Positions 43,955 to 53,883 of a stretch of 64,000 nucleotides of DNA are shown one piece after another. The stretch spans positions 576,001-640,000 of the forward strand of contig CAXXNO010000004.1 of the NCBI GenBank assembly GCA_963663235.2, read 5' to 3'. The position numbers were made by a program, and so were the translations under genes. The notes beneath the pieces were generated by a model. It ran no database searches. It had not been told where the DNA came from and saw only the letters and a list, made by a program, of their open reading frames with translations. Source of the stretch: Dehalococcoidia bacterium. Lineage in GTDB: Bacteria > Chloroflexota > Dehalococcoidia > Bin125. The first letter of the stretch is position 1. Every line of letters begins with the position of its first letter.

Positions 43955-44575
43955 GTGCGGATTGGCATCGTCTCCGATATCCACTGCAACATCGCCGGGC
44001 TTGACCGCGCCCTGAAGCTCATGGGCCCCGTGGACGAGATCCTCTGCGTCGGCGATGCCGTCTACCAGTTCCGCTTCAGCAATGACGTCGTCGGCCGCTT
44101 GCGGGAGATCGGGGCCCGCTTCATCCTCGGCAACCACGAGGAGATCCTGCTCGGCCCGGACGGCGGGCGCGCCCGCGAGGCGGCCAACGTGGATCGCGTG
44201 CTCCTGGCCTGGACCCAGGAGCACCCCAACCAGCTACGCGTCGTGGTGGACGGCAAGTCGCTCCTGATGTTTCATGCCACGCCCTGGGAGCCCTACCGCG
44301 AGTACCTCTACCCCGGCGACTCGGCTCTTGAGCGCTTGGCCCACCTCGACGCCGATTTCGTGATCTACGGCCACACCCACTATCAGCTGGAGCGGCGCAT
44401 CGGCTCGGCCCTGATCGTGAATCCCGGCTCCGCCGGCGAGCCGCGCGATCCCCGCAACGACTTTCAACTCTCGTATGCTGTCCTCGACACCGTCGACGAG
44501 GCAGTGACGTTCGGCAACTTCCCCGATCCCACCCGCATCGTCGCCAAGCATTCCGGGGTCGTGCCCCCGAAGTGA
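43955..44575 (+). CDS. Calcineurin-like metallophosphoesterase (YfcE/MJ0936-like)
   Basis: SDIH, GD, GNHE, FHA, GHTH, NPGS. Confidence 0.92.
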   Translation: MRIGIVSDIHCNIAGLDRALKLMGPVDEILCVGDAVYQFRFSNDVVGRLREIGARFILGNHEEILLGPDGGRAREAANVDRVLLAWTQEHPNQLRVVVDGKSLLMFHATPWEPYREYLYPGDSALERLAHLDADFVIYGHTHYQLERRIGSALIVNPGSAGEPRDPRNDFQLSYAVLDTVDEAVTFGNFPDPTRIVAKHSGVVPPK

Positions 44576-47500
44576 GCCGCATGTCCCAGCCAGACCAGGC
44601 CGCCCTCGTCGCCGTCCGGGAGGCCCTCGCCGCCTTTCCGCCCCCGCTCGTGCAGGAGTTCGACGAAGCGCGCACGGCACTGGAGGGCACGCTGGACCCG
44701 GCGGAACTGCTGGGCTGGGCGGACGAGGGCTTCGCCATCGCGCGCCATTCGCTGCGCAGCTGGGAGGCCGCCGGCGGATATTTCCGCATCAGCCCGGCCG
44801 TGCTGGAGCGCCTCCCTTTCGCGCACTTCCGCGAGTGGGCGCGCACCGGGCGCGATCTGGCCGCGGACTCGCCCGCGCTGGCCGGCGCCTTTTTCCTCGC
44901 CAGCCCGGCCGCCTTGCAGCACCTGGCCGTTGCCCAAGTGCCGGACTGGGGATCGCAGGGGCGCCAACTGTATCGCGGCACCTGGAAGTCCGGATCGCTG
45001 GCCGCCCAGTATTTCGAGGTCAGTCCCGCCCTGCTGCCGCTGCTGCCGCTGGGACAGACCAAGCTGCTCGTGGAGTTCGTCGACTCCCTCGCCGGCCATT
45101 CCTACGAACTCGCCAGCGCCTGCCTCGGCATGGCGGCCAGCGTCTTGCGTGAGCTGGACCGGGCGGACCGGGCGCCGTTCCTGGAGTTCGGATCCGTGGT
45201 GGCCAACACCGCCTGGGCCGACGCGCGCAACTACTTCGAGCGCGGTCCGGCCTCGCTCCGCCACGTGCACCCGCTCCAGCGCGCCCGCTTCCTCGCGCTC
45301 TCCGGGCGCGTGGCGCTCGGGGTGGGCCGGCAAGGACATCCCTACTTCTTGGAGGCCGCACGCGCGCTGGCTGAGGTCGATCGCGAAGCGCACGGCACGG
45401 CGATCGAGTTGGCGGAAGGCTTGCTGCCCCACTCCGGCGTCGCGGCCATGGAGTTCCTCAAGGCCTCGCCGGAGGTCCTGCGACGCCTCCGCCCCGAGGA
45501 TCTCGCCCGCTGGCAGGCGGCCGGCCGCGCCATTCTGGAGGCCAGCCCCCACGGGGGGGAGGCCTTCTTCCGGCTGGAGTCGGCCAAGGGCGAGGACGTG
45601 ATGCAGGCGCTCTCCTCCCGCGTCGAGCTGGACCGCGTGGGCGATCTGATCCGGAGGTACTGCCGGGCGCTCACCGGCACCAACGTCGCCGTGTACCCCT
45701 CGGATGTGCTCACCGATCGCGGCGTGGGCTGGGTCAGTCAGAGCAGTCCCACCACGGAAGGGACCGCCATCTACCTGCCGGCCGTCGTCGAGGCGCACGA
45801 CGAGAAGGACCAGAACTTCGCCGTCTACAAGGTCTACGCCACCCATCAAGCCGGCCGCCTGGAGTTCGGCTCCTTCGGCTTCCGCTTCCAACGGCCGGCG
45901 GGCCTCTTCTCGGACCAGCGCTGGTCGCGGCCCGTGCTGCGCGAGGGTACTGAGGCCCTGACGGATATGGAGCGCTTCTTCGATCTGTTCAGCGACCGCC
46001 ATCTGGCCGCCGACCTCTTCACGATTGTCGAAGACACCCGCATCGACGCCGTCCTCCAGCGCGAGTACCCCGGCGTGCGCAAGGCCTTTGCGCGCTTGCA
46101 GCGGGCCGCTGTGGATCACCGCCGCGCAGTCGACTCGATGCCCGCGCGGGACGCACTGGTGGAAAACCTGGTCCGCGCCAGCCTGGACGCCGCTGACGAG
46201 ATCCGCTGGCCGCCCGAGCTGGCGGACCTCATCCGCTCCCCGCTCGCCATCCTCGCCCGCGTCCGCTCCCAGGGAGCCACCGTGGAGGCCTCGGCCGAGG
46301 CCTCCCTGCGCCTGTACGACTGGCTGGCCGCGATTCCCAACGTCGAGCTGACGCAGGAGCAAGACTGGCAGCCGCCCGCGGAAGAAGAAGTGGAGCAGGA
46401 AGACGCGGCCGACGGCTCGGAGGCGGGCCTGGTGCCGCCGTCCCTGAGCTTGGCCATGGCGCGCAGCGGGGAGCGCCCGTATCAGAGTCCGGACCCGGTG
46501 GACTTCCGGGGCGAGTTCAAGCCGGAGTTGGTCCAGCTCCTCCTCCAGATGCGCGGCGACTCCGACGGCGACGGCGAGATGCTCCCCATCACCCCGGAGC
46601 AGCTCCGGGAGCTCTTGGAGAAGAGCGCCGAGATCGACTTCAGCGAAGACCCGGACGCGGACCTCGACGACGCCCGTTCCATCCTGATGGAGAACTTGAT
46701 GCGCGAGCTCTCCAAAGTCGAGGACCAGGCGCCCCAGCCCGGCGGCCTGCAGCAAGACGATTTCTCCTCGGGGCCGGAGGGTGACGACGGAGCGCTGGCC
46801 GAGGAGCCGGAATCCTTCTTCTACGACGAGTGGGACTTCCGCGCCAACGATTACAAACCCCGCTGGTGCCGCCTCCAGGAGCAACGCCTCCCGGCCGGCG
46901 ACCTGGACTTCTACAACCAGACGCTGGCGGACAACTCCGCCCTGGTGCAAGAGACGCGCAAGCAGTTTGAGCTGATGCGCCCGGAAATGTTCCGCAAGAT
47001 CAAGCATCTGCCCGACGGCGACGACTACGACCTCGACTCCGTGGTGGAGTGGATCGTGCAACGCGCTGCCCACGCCCCCACGGACGGCAAGCTCTACTAC
47101 CGCCGCAACAAGATTGAGCGCGACGTGGCCGTGGGCTTCCTCCTGGACATGTCCGCCAGCACCGACGAGGAGATCCACCGCCGCCCGCGCGGCGGCGCCG
47201 GCGGTGATGCCTTCACCGACGACCCCCGCCGCTACCTCAGCTGGTGGGCCCAGAAGCGCGCCAGCGAGGGGCAGCAGCCCTCCAAGCGCATCATCGACCT
47301 TGAGAAGGACGCGGTCGTCCTCTTGGTCGAGGCCCTAGAGACCATCGGCGACCAGTACGGCGTCTACGGCTTCAGCGGCTACGGGCGCGACAACGTGGAG
47401 TTCTACGTGATCAAGGACTTGGAGGAGCCTTTCTCCGACACCGTCAAGCGGCGCATCGACAAGATCGCCCCCGTCCGATCCACCCGCATGGGCCCCGCCA

Positions 47501-47811
47501 TCCGCCACTGCGTCCATCGGCTCAAAGAGACTCGCGCCAAGGTCCGCGTCCTGATGCTCCTCTCGGACGGCCGCCCGCAGGATCACGGCTACGGGCGTGA
47601 CCGCACGGAGAAGGAGTACGCCATCCACGACACCAAGATGGCCCTCACCGAGGCCCGCCACGAAGGCATCACGCCCTTCTGCCTCACCGTGGACCGCCAG
47701 GGCCACGACTACCTGCGGGAGATGTGCCAGGACATGGGCTACCAAGTCGTCGGCGACATCGAGTCGCTGCCCCACCAGCTCACCTCCCTCTACCGCCGCC
47801 TCACCCGCTGA
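44572..47811 (+). CDS. CbbO/NorD-like VWA-domain protein with extended N-terminal helical repeats
   Basis: PTTEGTAIYLP, EDTRID, YDEWD, MIDAS DMSAS, STRMGPAIRH, LSDGRP. Confidence 0.9.
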   Translation: MSRMSQPDQAALVAVREALAAFPPPLVQEFDEARTALEGTLDPAELLGWADEGFAIARHSLRSWEAAGGYFRISPAVLERLPFAHFREWARTGRDLAADSPALAGAFFLASPAALQHLAVAQVPDWGSQGRQLYRGTWKSGSLAAQYFEVSPALLPLLPLGQTKLLVEFVDSLAGHSYELASACLGMAASVLRELDRADRAPFLEFGSVVANTAWADARNYFERGPASLRHVHPLQRARFLALSGRVALGVGRQGHPYFLEAARALAEVDREAHGTAIELAEGLLPHSGVAAMEFLKASPEVLRRLRPEDLARWQAAGRAILEASPHGGEAFFRLESAKGEDVMQALSSRVELDRVGDLIRRYCRALTGTNVAVYPSDVLTDRGVGWVSQSSPTTEGTAIYLPAVVEAHDEKDQNFAVYKVYATHQAGRLEFGSFGFRFQRPAGLFSDQRWSRPVLREGTEALTDMERFFDLFSDRHLAADLFTIVEDTRIDAVLQREYPGVRKAFARLQRAAVDHRRAVDSMPARDALVENLVRASLDAADEIRWPPELADLIRSPLAILARVRSQGATVEASAEASLRLYDWLAAIPNVELTQEQDWQPPAEEEVEQEDAADGSEAGLVPPSLSLAMARSGERPYQSPDPVDFRGEFKPELVQLLLQMRGDSDGDGEMLPITPEQLRELLEKSAEIDFSEDPDADLDDARSILMENLMRELSKVEDQAPQPGGLQQDDFSSGPEGDDGALAEEPESFFYDEWDFRANDYKPRWCRLQEQRLPAGDLDFYNQTLADNSALVQETRKQFELMRPEMFRKIKHLPDGDDYDLDSVVEWIVQRAAHAPTDGKLYYRRNKIERDVAVGFLLDMSASTDEEIHRRPRGGAGGDAFTDDPRRYLSWWAQKRASEGQQPSKRIIDLEKDAVVLLVEALETIGDQYGVYGFSGYGRDNVEFYVIKDLEEPFSDTVKRRIDKIAPVRSTRMGPAIRHCVHRLKETRAKVRVLMLLSDGRPQDHGYGRDRTEKEYAIHDTKMALTEARHEGITPFCLTVDRQGHDYLREMCQDMGYQVVGDIESLPHQLTSLYRRLTR

Positions 47812-48877
47812 CGCCGCGGCCCTCCCCGCGGCCGCCCTCTACGCGACCGCCCTCTACGCGACCGATGCGCAGAGCCCCGTCGGGAACGCGCTCCTCCGCC
47901 ACCGCCCCCGCCTCCACCAGCGCATCGATCTGCCCCATCACCTCCGCCATCGCCTGCCGCAGCCGCGTGTCGGGCAGGTGGGGGAAGAACTTGGCCTGCA
48001 CCTCGTAGGGCGTCAGCGGCCCGTCGCGCAACAGCCGCACGATCTTGCGCTGCCGCTGGCGGTGGTGCTTCGCCGTCCGCGCCGCCGCTCCTTCGACATC
48101 GACGGTCGCCTCACCGTGCCCGGGATAGAGGCGCCCTGCCCGCAGCGCCCGCACCCGCCCCAGCGACCGCGCCATCTCCGGCAGGCTCCGCATCCGCTCC
48201 TCGTAGCGCCCGTTGCGGAAGTGAATGCCGGGGTTCGACGTGATCCGCGGCAGCAAGTGGTCGCCGCTGAAGAGCGCCCCGGTCGCCGCCTCGTAGTAGA
48301 CCGAGTCGCCCGGCGTGTGCCCCGGCGTCGGCACGTAGCGCAGCGTCCGCTCCCCCACCCGCACCTCGTCACCCTCCTCCAGCGATCGCTCCGGCCGGAA
48401 CGGCGTGGCGCGCAGCATCCCCGGCCAGCGCGTGCTGGGCAGATTCGCCGGCGGGTTGGCGATCGCCTGGGCCACCGCCTCCCGGCTCGGCGGCCACCGC
48501 TCCCGCAGCCGCGCCATCCGCTCCCCCGGCACGCCGCAATCGTCGAGAAAGCGCAGCACCAGACCGGCGTCGTACCAGCCGACCTCAAAGCCCAACTCGA
48601 ACCGCTCCGCCTCCACCCTTGACCCGCACACCTCCGCCCCCACCGCCTGCCAGCGCGCCGCCAGCCCGCTGTGGTCGATGTGGGAGTGCGTCACCACCAC
48701 GGTGCGCACCTGCTCCGGCCGGTAGCCGTGCACGTCCAGCTGCACGCTCAGCTCCTCCCAGGCGCCGGGGTAGTCCGGCCCCGCGTCGACCAGCAGCAGC
48801 CCCTCGCTCGATGGCAGCGCGTAGACCCAGTTGGCGCCGAGCGCAATGGGGAGGACCGAGAGGGTGGAGTCCGTCAC
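47801..48877 (-). CDS. Metallo-beta-lactamase-fold hydrolase
   Basis: LVDAG, THSHIDHSG, TPGHT, FSGDH, PGHG. Confidence 0.9.
   Translation of the reverse strand: MTDSTLSVLPIALGANWVYALPSSEGLLLVDAGPDYPGAWEELSVQLDVHGYRPEQVRTVVVTHSHIDHSGLAARWQAVGAEVCGSRVEAERFELGFEVGWYDAGLVLRFLDDCGVPGERMARLRERWPPSREAVAQAIANPPANLPSTRWPGMLRATPFRPERSLEEGDEVRVGERTLRYVPTPGHTPGDSVYYEAATGALFSGDHLLPRITSNPGIHFRNGRYEERMRSLPEMARSLGRVRALRAGRLYPGHGEATVDVEGAAARTAKHHRQRQRKIVRLLRDGPLTPYEVQAKFFPHLPDTRLRQAMAEVMGQIDALVEAGAVAEERVPDGALRIGRVEGGRVEGGRGEGRGVSG
47817..47864. repeat. 15-bp tandem repeat in the MBL gene 3' end
   Basis: CCGCCCTCTACGCGA x2 plus a degenerate copy (GRVEG repeats). Confidence 0.75.
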
Positions 48878-49003
48878 GGCGTCAGCATGCCGCCCCGCGG
48901 CAGCCACGACAACCGCGCCCCCGGCGGCGTCGCTACCGCTGCCGCGCGCCCGTCGGCGCCGGCGCGAGCGTCCCGGTAACGATGAACGGAACCCGGCCCG
49001 CTG

Positions 49004-49825
49004 CTATTCGCGGGACCATCGAGCGGCCCGCAACGGCCGCTGGGTGTGCCGTCGCCACACGACGTAGCCCAGCGGCGACGCCGCGATCAGCGCCATCACC
49101 CCCAGCCCGAACGCCTCCGCGAACGTGATTGCCACGGTCGCGTCCAGCGCGTAGAAGTACTCCCCGATAACGCGCAGCCAGACCACCGCCGCGAGGATCG
49201 CGAACACCAGCAACCCCAGCCCCCACCCGGCGCGCGCCGGCAGCCCCGCGTCACGCTCCGACCGATGCGCGGGCGTCCAGGAGAACCGCCGCCGCTCGTG
49301 CACCGCCAGCAGCGGCGCCGTCGCCACCACCACCATCGCCGCCAGCGCCCCGACCTGGTCGCCGCTCAGCGTCTCGTCGTCGAGCAGACCGAAGAGCGAC
49401 CCAAACGCGTCCAGCCACATGACCACCGCGATCACGATCAGCGCGATCGCGATCGCCCACCCCACCAGGATCGTCACCACCTTCCGCGGGCTGCCGAGCC
49501 CGCTCCCGCCGGGGGCGGGAGGCGGCGGCCCCGGCGGCTCGCCGCTCGTTTGCGTCGCCGGATCCCCTTCCGCGGCCGCCTGATCCGACGCGAACTGCGG
49601 CAGGTGGAGGAGAAACCCCAGCGCCCGCCGCCATCGATCGCCGGCGCGCGCGGATCTGAGTTCGTCGTGGTACGTCCACAGCACGGCGTCGCGCCCGCGC
49701 GGGTACACCGCCAGCCAGACCGCCAGCCACACCGGCGCCAGCAGCCGCGCGATGGCGAACTCCAGAGCGCCGTGGACCGGACGCGTGAATACGTTCGACT
49801 CAGGATCTTGCAACTGCACGCTCAC
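49004..49825 (-). CDS. Membrane protein coupled to PadR
   Basis: GTGA overlap with padR stop; multiple TM helices. Confidence 0.7.
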   Translation of the reverse strand: MSVQLQDPESNVFTRPVHGALEFAIARLLAPVWLAVWLAVYPRGRDAVLWTYHDELRSARAGDRWRRALGFLLHLPQFASDQAAAEGDPATQTSGEPPGPPPPAPGGSGLGSPRKVVTILVGWAIAIALIVIAVVMWLDAFGSLFGLLDDETLSGDQVGALAAMVVVATAPLLAVHERRRFSWTPAHRSERDAGLPARAGWGLGLLVFAILAAVVWLRVIGEYFYALDATVAITFAEAFGLGVMALIAASPLGYVVWRRHTQRPLRAARWSRE

Positions 49826-50109
49826 GCCACACCCTCCGCTCCCCGCGACGGGACGGCCGTCAGCGCCTGCTGCTCCGCGGCCAGCGCCTGCCGCCCCGCG
49901 CCGTTGATCCGCACCAACCGCCGCGGATGCGAGCCGCTGTGGTCCCAGCGCGCGTCGATGATCCCGTCGCGCTGCAGCGCGGCCAGCGCCGCGTACACGC
50001 TGCTGCGCCCCACCCCGCCCATCGCGTCCGCCACGTCGATACCTGCGACTTCCTCCGGTCGCGTCGCCAGGTAGCGCAGCACTTGGTACTGATTCCGCGC
50101 CAGCTTCAT
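49822..50109 (-). CDS. PadR-family transcriptional regulator
   Basis: SVYAALAALQRDG, W...PRR..RING.GR. Confidence 0.85.
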   Translation of the reverse strand: MKLARNQYQVLRYLATRPEEVAGIDVADAMGGVGRSSVYAALAALQRDGIIDARWDHSGSHPRRLVRINGAGRQALAAEQQALTAVPSRGAEGVA

Positions 50110-50131
50110 GGCCGTCCCCTTTCGGGCCTGA

Positions 50132-50173
50132 TTGGAACGTTCCAAGTATCGGAATGTTCCAATCGCCTGTCAA
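50132..50173 (-). promoter_or_regulatory. Sigma70 promoter overlapped by two palindromic operators
   Basis: Minus strand TTGACA-N17-GATACT; TTGGAACGTTCCAA (50132-50145) and TCGGAATGTTCCAA (50149-50162). Confidence 0.75.
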
Positions 50174-50213
50174 GCGACGCCGAGGCTGGATCAACCGGCT
50201 GGTCGAAGGCGGC

Positions 50214-50465
50214 TCAACGGGAGGGAGGCGGACGCCCTTGCCGGCGACCCAGCTTGCGCTCGGGCCGGCCGGCTTCGCGCTGCTCCCGGACCCGCACCTC
50301 CTGGCGATGCACCATCAGCCCGACGCCGATCGCCAGGCCCAGACCCCCGCCGACCGCGATGCCCGTGGCCGCACCGCCGAACGGGGCGCCCACCACCGCG
50401 CCGATCACCACGCCGAGCGCGGTCGTCAAAACCAGCAACATCCCCGCAGACATCTGCCACAGCAT
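50214..50465 (-). CDS. Small glycine-rich membrane protein (83 aa)
   Basis: GGAGG RBS, ATG 2 bp after cinA stop; MLWQMSAGMLLVLTTALGVVIG... two TM helices. Confidence 0.65.
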   Translation of the reverse strand: MLWQMSAGMLLVLTTALGVVIGAVVGAPFGGAATGIAVGGGLGLAIGVGLMVHRQEVRVREQREAGRPERKLGRRQGRPPPSR

Positions 50466-50467
50466 GC

Positions 50468-51718
50468 CTACCGCCTCCGATCCTCTTTCAACTCCCCCAG
50501 CGCTGCCCTGCGGATCAGCAGCAGCGCCGTCGTCACCGCCCGCCGCTTGATCGCGTCGCGGTTCTGGGCGAAGACGTAGCCGGCGCGCCCCCGCTGCTCG
50601 GGCGCCTCGATCCCGATCTCGATCGTACCCACCTTCGCGCCGCCGTGTGGCTCCGGTCCCGCCACCCCCGTGACGCCGACCCCGATGTCGGCCTCCAACT
50701 CCCGTCGCACCGCCGATGCCATCGCGCGTGCGGTCTGCTCGCTCACCACCCCATGCTCGAGGATCACCTCGGCGGGCACGCCGTAGCGCTGCTTCGCGTC
50801 GATGGTGTACGTCACCAGGCCGCCCTTGAAGTATTCGCTGGAGCCGGGCACGTCGGTCAGCGTGCTGGCCAGCAGCCCGCCCGTTAACGACTCCATCACC
50901 GCGACGCTGAGGCGGCGCTCCTTGAGCAGGTCGCCCGTCGCTCCCGCCAGCGTCTCCTCGTCGGCCCCCCACACCGCGCTGCCGAAGATCGCCCGCACCT
51001 GCTCTTCCACCGGCTGGATCAGCCGGTACGCGTCTGCGGCAGCCGGCGCCTTGGCCGTCAGGCGCAAGTGCACGCCGTCGCTTTTGGCGTACACGCCGAT
51101 GGTCGGGTTCTCGCTCTTGAGCAGCGGGCTCACCATCTCGTCGACGGTCCCTTCGCCGATGCCCACGGTCTTCAGCGTGCGGCTGATGATCACCGCCTCC
51201 GTGCTGCGCGCGGCCAGCCGCGGCTGCACGTCGCGCTCCCACATCCCGCTCAGCTCGGCGGGCGGGCCCGGCATCGCCACGATGATCTTCCCGCCCCGTT
51301 CCATCCACCAGCCGGGCGCCGTGCCCCGCGGGTTGGGGATCGCCTGCGCCGACGGAATCAGCATCGCCTGCTTCACGTTCCGCTCGGGCATCTGCAGCTT
51401 GCGGCTGGCGAAGAAGTCGCGCAGCGTGCGCTCCAGGTCGGCGTCCACGTGCGGCTGCTCGTCGACCGCCGCCGCGATGGCGTCGCGGGTGATGTCGTCT
51501 TCGGTGGGGCCCAGCCCCCCGCTGCACAGCACGAGGTCGCTGCGCTCCATCGCCGCGCGGAACGTGTCGCGGAGGCGCTGGAGGTTGTCGCCGACCTGGT
51601 GCATGTAGTACAGGTCGATACCCAGCGCCGGCAGCCGTTGCGCCAAGTAGTGCGCGTTGGTGTCCTGGATGTCCCCCAGCAGGATCTCTGTCCCCACCGA
51701 GATGATCTCTGCCCGCAT
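50468..51718 (-). CDS. cinA: Competence/damage-inducible protein CinA (NMN deamidase fusion)
   Basis: GTEILLG, GGLGPTEDD, GTAPG, ESLTGG, TGVAGP. Confidence 0.94.
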   Translation of the reverse strand: MRAEIISVGTEILLGDIQDTNAHYLAQRLPALGIDLYYMHQVGDNLQRLRDTFRAAMERSDLVLCSGGLGPTEDDITRDAIAAAVDEQPHVDADLERTLRDFFASRKLQMPERNVKQAMLIPSAQAIPNPRGTAPGWWMERGGKIIVAMPGPPAELSGMWERDVQPRLAARSTEAVIISRTLKTVGIGEGTVDEMVSPLLKSENPTIGVYAKSDGVHLRLTAKAPAAADAYRLIQPVEEQVRAIFGSAVWGADEETLAGATGDLLKERRLSVAVMESLTGGLLASTLTDVPGSSEYFKGGLVTYTIDAKQRYGVPAEVILEHGVVSEQTARAMASAVRRELEADIGVGVTGVAGPEPHGGAKVGTIEIGIEAPEQRGRAGYVFAQNRDAIKRRAVTTALLLIRRAALGELKEDRRR

Positions 51719-51770
51719 CGCTGCCCCCTCGCTGCGGAGCGTGGCAGGGCCCGCACGGGCGCACAAGGCC

Positions 51771-52517
51771 CTATCGGCCGATTATCATCCGGCCGGTGGC
51801 GTCCGCCCCGACGGCCGGCACGCACCGCTCCACGTCCGCCTCGGCGGCGTAGCGCAGGTCTGCCTCAAAGCCCAGCGCGCGCAGATCGTCGGCGTGCGCG
51901 GAGTCGGCGAAGGCCGCCTCGGCGCTGCCGTACGCCCGATACAGCCGCAGCGCCAGCCGCGCGCCCGCGCGCAGCGCCGGGGGCTCCGCCGCCGCCACGA
52001 TGCGGTCGATGATCGCCCCCGCGGTGTAGGCGTCCTCGACCGACGGCGCGCTGCCCGCCTCTTCGCCGGCGCAGACCAGGGCGATGTCGCCGCCGCCCGC
52101 CAGCGCCGCCTCGGCTGCCGCGGTCCGGTTGCGCAGGCAGGCGACCAGCGTCCGTCGCGCTGCCGACGTCGCGGCCAGCGCCCGCGTGCCGTTGCTCGTC
52201 GACTGCACCAGCGTCCAGCCGCGCACGTCGAGGCGGGCGAGCTCCACCGGCGAGTTCTCGAACTCGAACCCCTCCACCGGGAGGCCGTCCACCTCGCCGC
52301 AGAGATGGCTGCCGGGCAGCGCGGCGGCCATCTCCCGCGCCGCCTCGACGCTCGCGCAGGGGTAGACGGCGGCCGCGCCGCGGGCGATCAGCGTGGTGAT
52401 CACTGTGGTGGCGCGCAGCGTGTCGATGACCAGGACCGTCCGACCCGCGACGGCGCCGGGCGCCGGTGGCTGAAAGTACGTCGCGACCGATCGGGCGCGC
52501 TGCGCTGCGGTGGTCAT
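51771..52517 (-). CDS. comB: 2-phosphosulfolactate phosphatase family
   Basis: VIDTLRATT, NSP, STSNGT, EDAY.AG. Confidence 0.88.
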   Translation of the reverse strand: MTTAAQRARSVATYFQPPAPGAVAGRTVLVIDTLRATTVITTLIARGAAAVYPCASVEAAREMAAALPGSHLCGEVDGLPVEGFEFENSPVELARLDVRGWTLVQSTSNGTRALAATSAARRTLVACLRNRTAAAEAALAGGGDIALVCAGEEAGSAPSVEDAYTAGAIIDRIVAAAEPPALRAGARLALRLYRAYGSAEAAFADSAHADDLRALGFEADLRYAAEADVERCVPAVGADATGRMIIGR

Positions 52518-52602
52518 ACTGGCGTCTTATGGTGCGCGACTGGCGCTCTCGCGGCAAGGCGGGCGGTGCCTCGGGACGGCGGCGCGCGGCTAAGATCGGC
52601 CT

Positions 52603-53418
52603 ATGACGTTCCGGGAGAAGCTCCGGGCGGCGGCCGCTCGCAATCACTCCTTGCTCTGCGTGGGGCTGGATCCGCAACCGTCCCAGATCCCGATTGCGGA
52701 TGTCACCGCCTTCCACCGCGCCATCATCGACGCGACCGCCGATCTGGTCTGCGCCTATAAGCCCAACTCCGCCTTCTACGAGGCCCTCGGCCTCGATGGC
52801 TGGCGCACGCTGGCGGACACGGTGGCGGCGGTCCCCGACGGCATCCCCGTCATCCTCGACGGCAAGCGCGGCGATATCGGCCACAGCGCCGCCGCCTACG
52901 CGGTCGCCTGCTTCGACGTGATCGGCGCCGATGCGGTCACCGTCAGCCCGTACATGGGCGGCGACTCGCTGCGGCCCTTTTTCGACCGCGCCGAGAAAAC
53001 GACGTTCGTGCTCTGCCGCACCTCCAACCCCGGCGCCGCCGACCTCCAGGATCGTGCCACCCAGGGCGAGCCGCTCTATCTGCGAGTGGCGTCGCTGGCG
53101 CGCGAGTGGGGCCGGCCGCACGAGAACGCGGGACTCGTGGTCGGCGCCTCCGACGTGGAGGCGCTCGCCGCCGTGCGCCGGCGCTGCCCGGACCTACCCA
53201 TCCTCCTGCCGGGGATCGGCGCCCAAGGCGGCGATCTTGCTGCGGCCGTAGCCGCCGGGCTGGACGCCGAGGGTGGTGGCCTGCTGGTGAACGCGTCGCG
53301 ATCCGTCCTCTACGCGTCGTCGGGGCCAGACTTCGCCGCCGCCGCCCGCTCCGAGGCGCAGCGGCTTCGGGACGCCATCAACGCCGCGCTGGACGCTCCC
53401 CGCGGCAGTGAGCGATGA
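52603..53418 (+). CDS. pyrF: Orotidine-5'-phosphate decarboxylase
   Basis: [30 protein letters not shown]. Confidence 0.95.
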   Translation: MTFREKLRAAAARNHSLLCVGLDPQPSQIPIADVTAFHRAIIDATADLVCAYKPNSAFYEALGLDGWRTLADTVAAVPDGIPVILDGKRGDIGHSAAAYAVACFDVIGADAVTVSPYMGGDSLRPFFDRAEKTTFVLCRTSNPGAADLQDRATQGEPLYLRVASLAREWGRPHENAGLVVGASDVEALAAVRRRCPDLPILLPGIGAQGGDLAAAVAAGLDAEGGGLLVNASRSVLYASSGPDFAAAARSEAQRLRDAINAALDAPRGSER

Positions 53419-53627
53419 ACGTCGTCGACTTCCGCCTCGATGACGTCGTGCGCCTGCGCAAGCCGCACCCCTGCGGCGGCTCACAGTGGACCGTCTACCG
53501 TCTCGGCGCCGACATCGGCCTCCGCTGCGACACCTGCGGCCGCCGGGTGATGCTGGCGCGCTCGTTGACGCAGCGGCGGGTGCAGGCCTTCGTCAGCCGT
53601 GGCCCGGCCGGGCCCGGTCATGGATAG
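53415..53627 (+). CDS. DUF951 family protein
   Basis: RKPHPCG..W..RLGADI..C..C. Confidence 0.9.
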   Translation: MNVVDFRLDDVVRLRKPHPCGGSQWTVYRLGADIGLRCDTCGRRVMLARSLTQRRVQAFVSRGPAGPGHG

Positions 53628-53883
53628 CGCTGCCCCCCGCCCCCCGCACGACGCCGCGCAGCCGGCGCCCGCCCGGGAGCCCATCTACCTCAACCGCGAC
53701 TTCCGCGTCCTCTGGCTGGCGCGGACGCTGGGCCAAACGGCGGCCAACACGGCCCAGTTCGGATCCCTGATCATCATCGCCGGGCTGCTCCTGCTGGCCT
53801 ACACCTGGATGTATGCGCAATGGGGCGCCGCCGACCCCCGGGATCTGATGCGCTGCCGGGAGACGGGCGCGCAGCCGACATGA
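53620..53883 (+). pseudogene. Internally deleted MFS transporter remnant
   Basis: PIYLNRDFRVLWLARTLGQTA..AQF matches TM1 of the next gene, then jumps to a final helix and tail. Confidence 0.62.
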
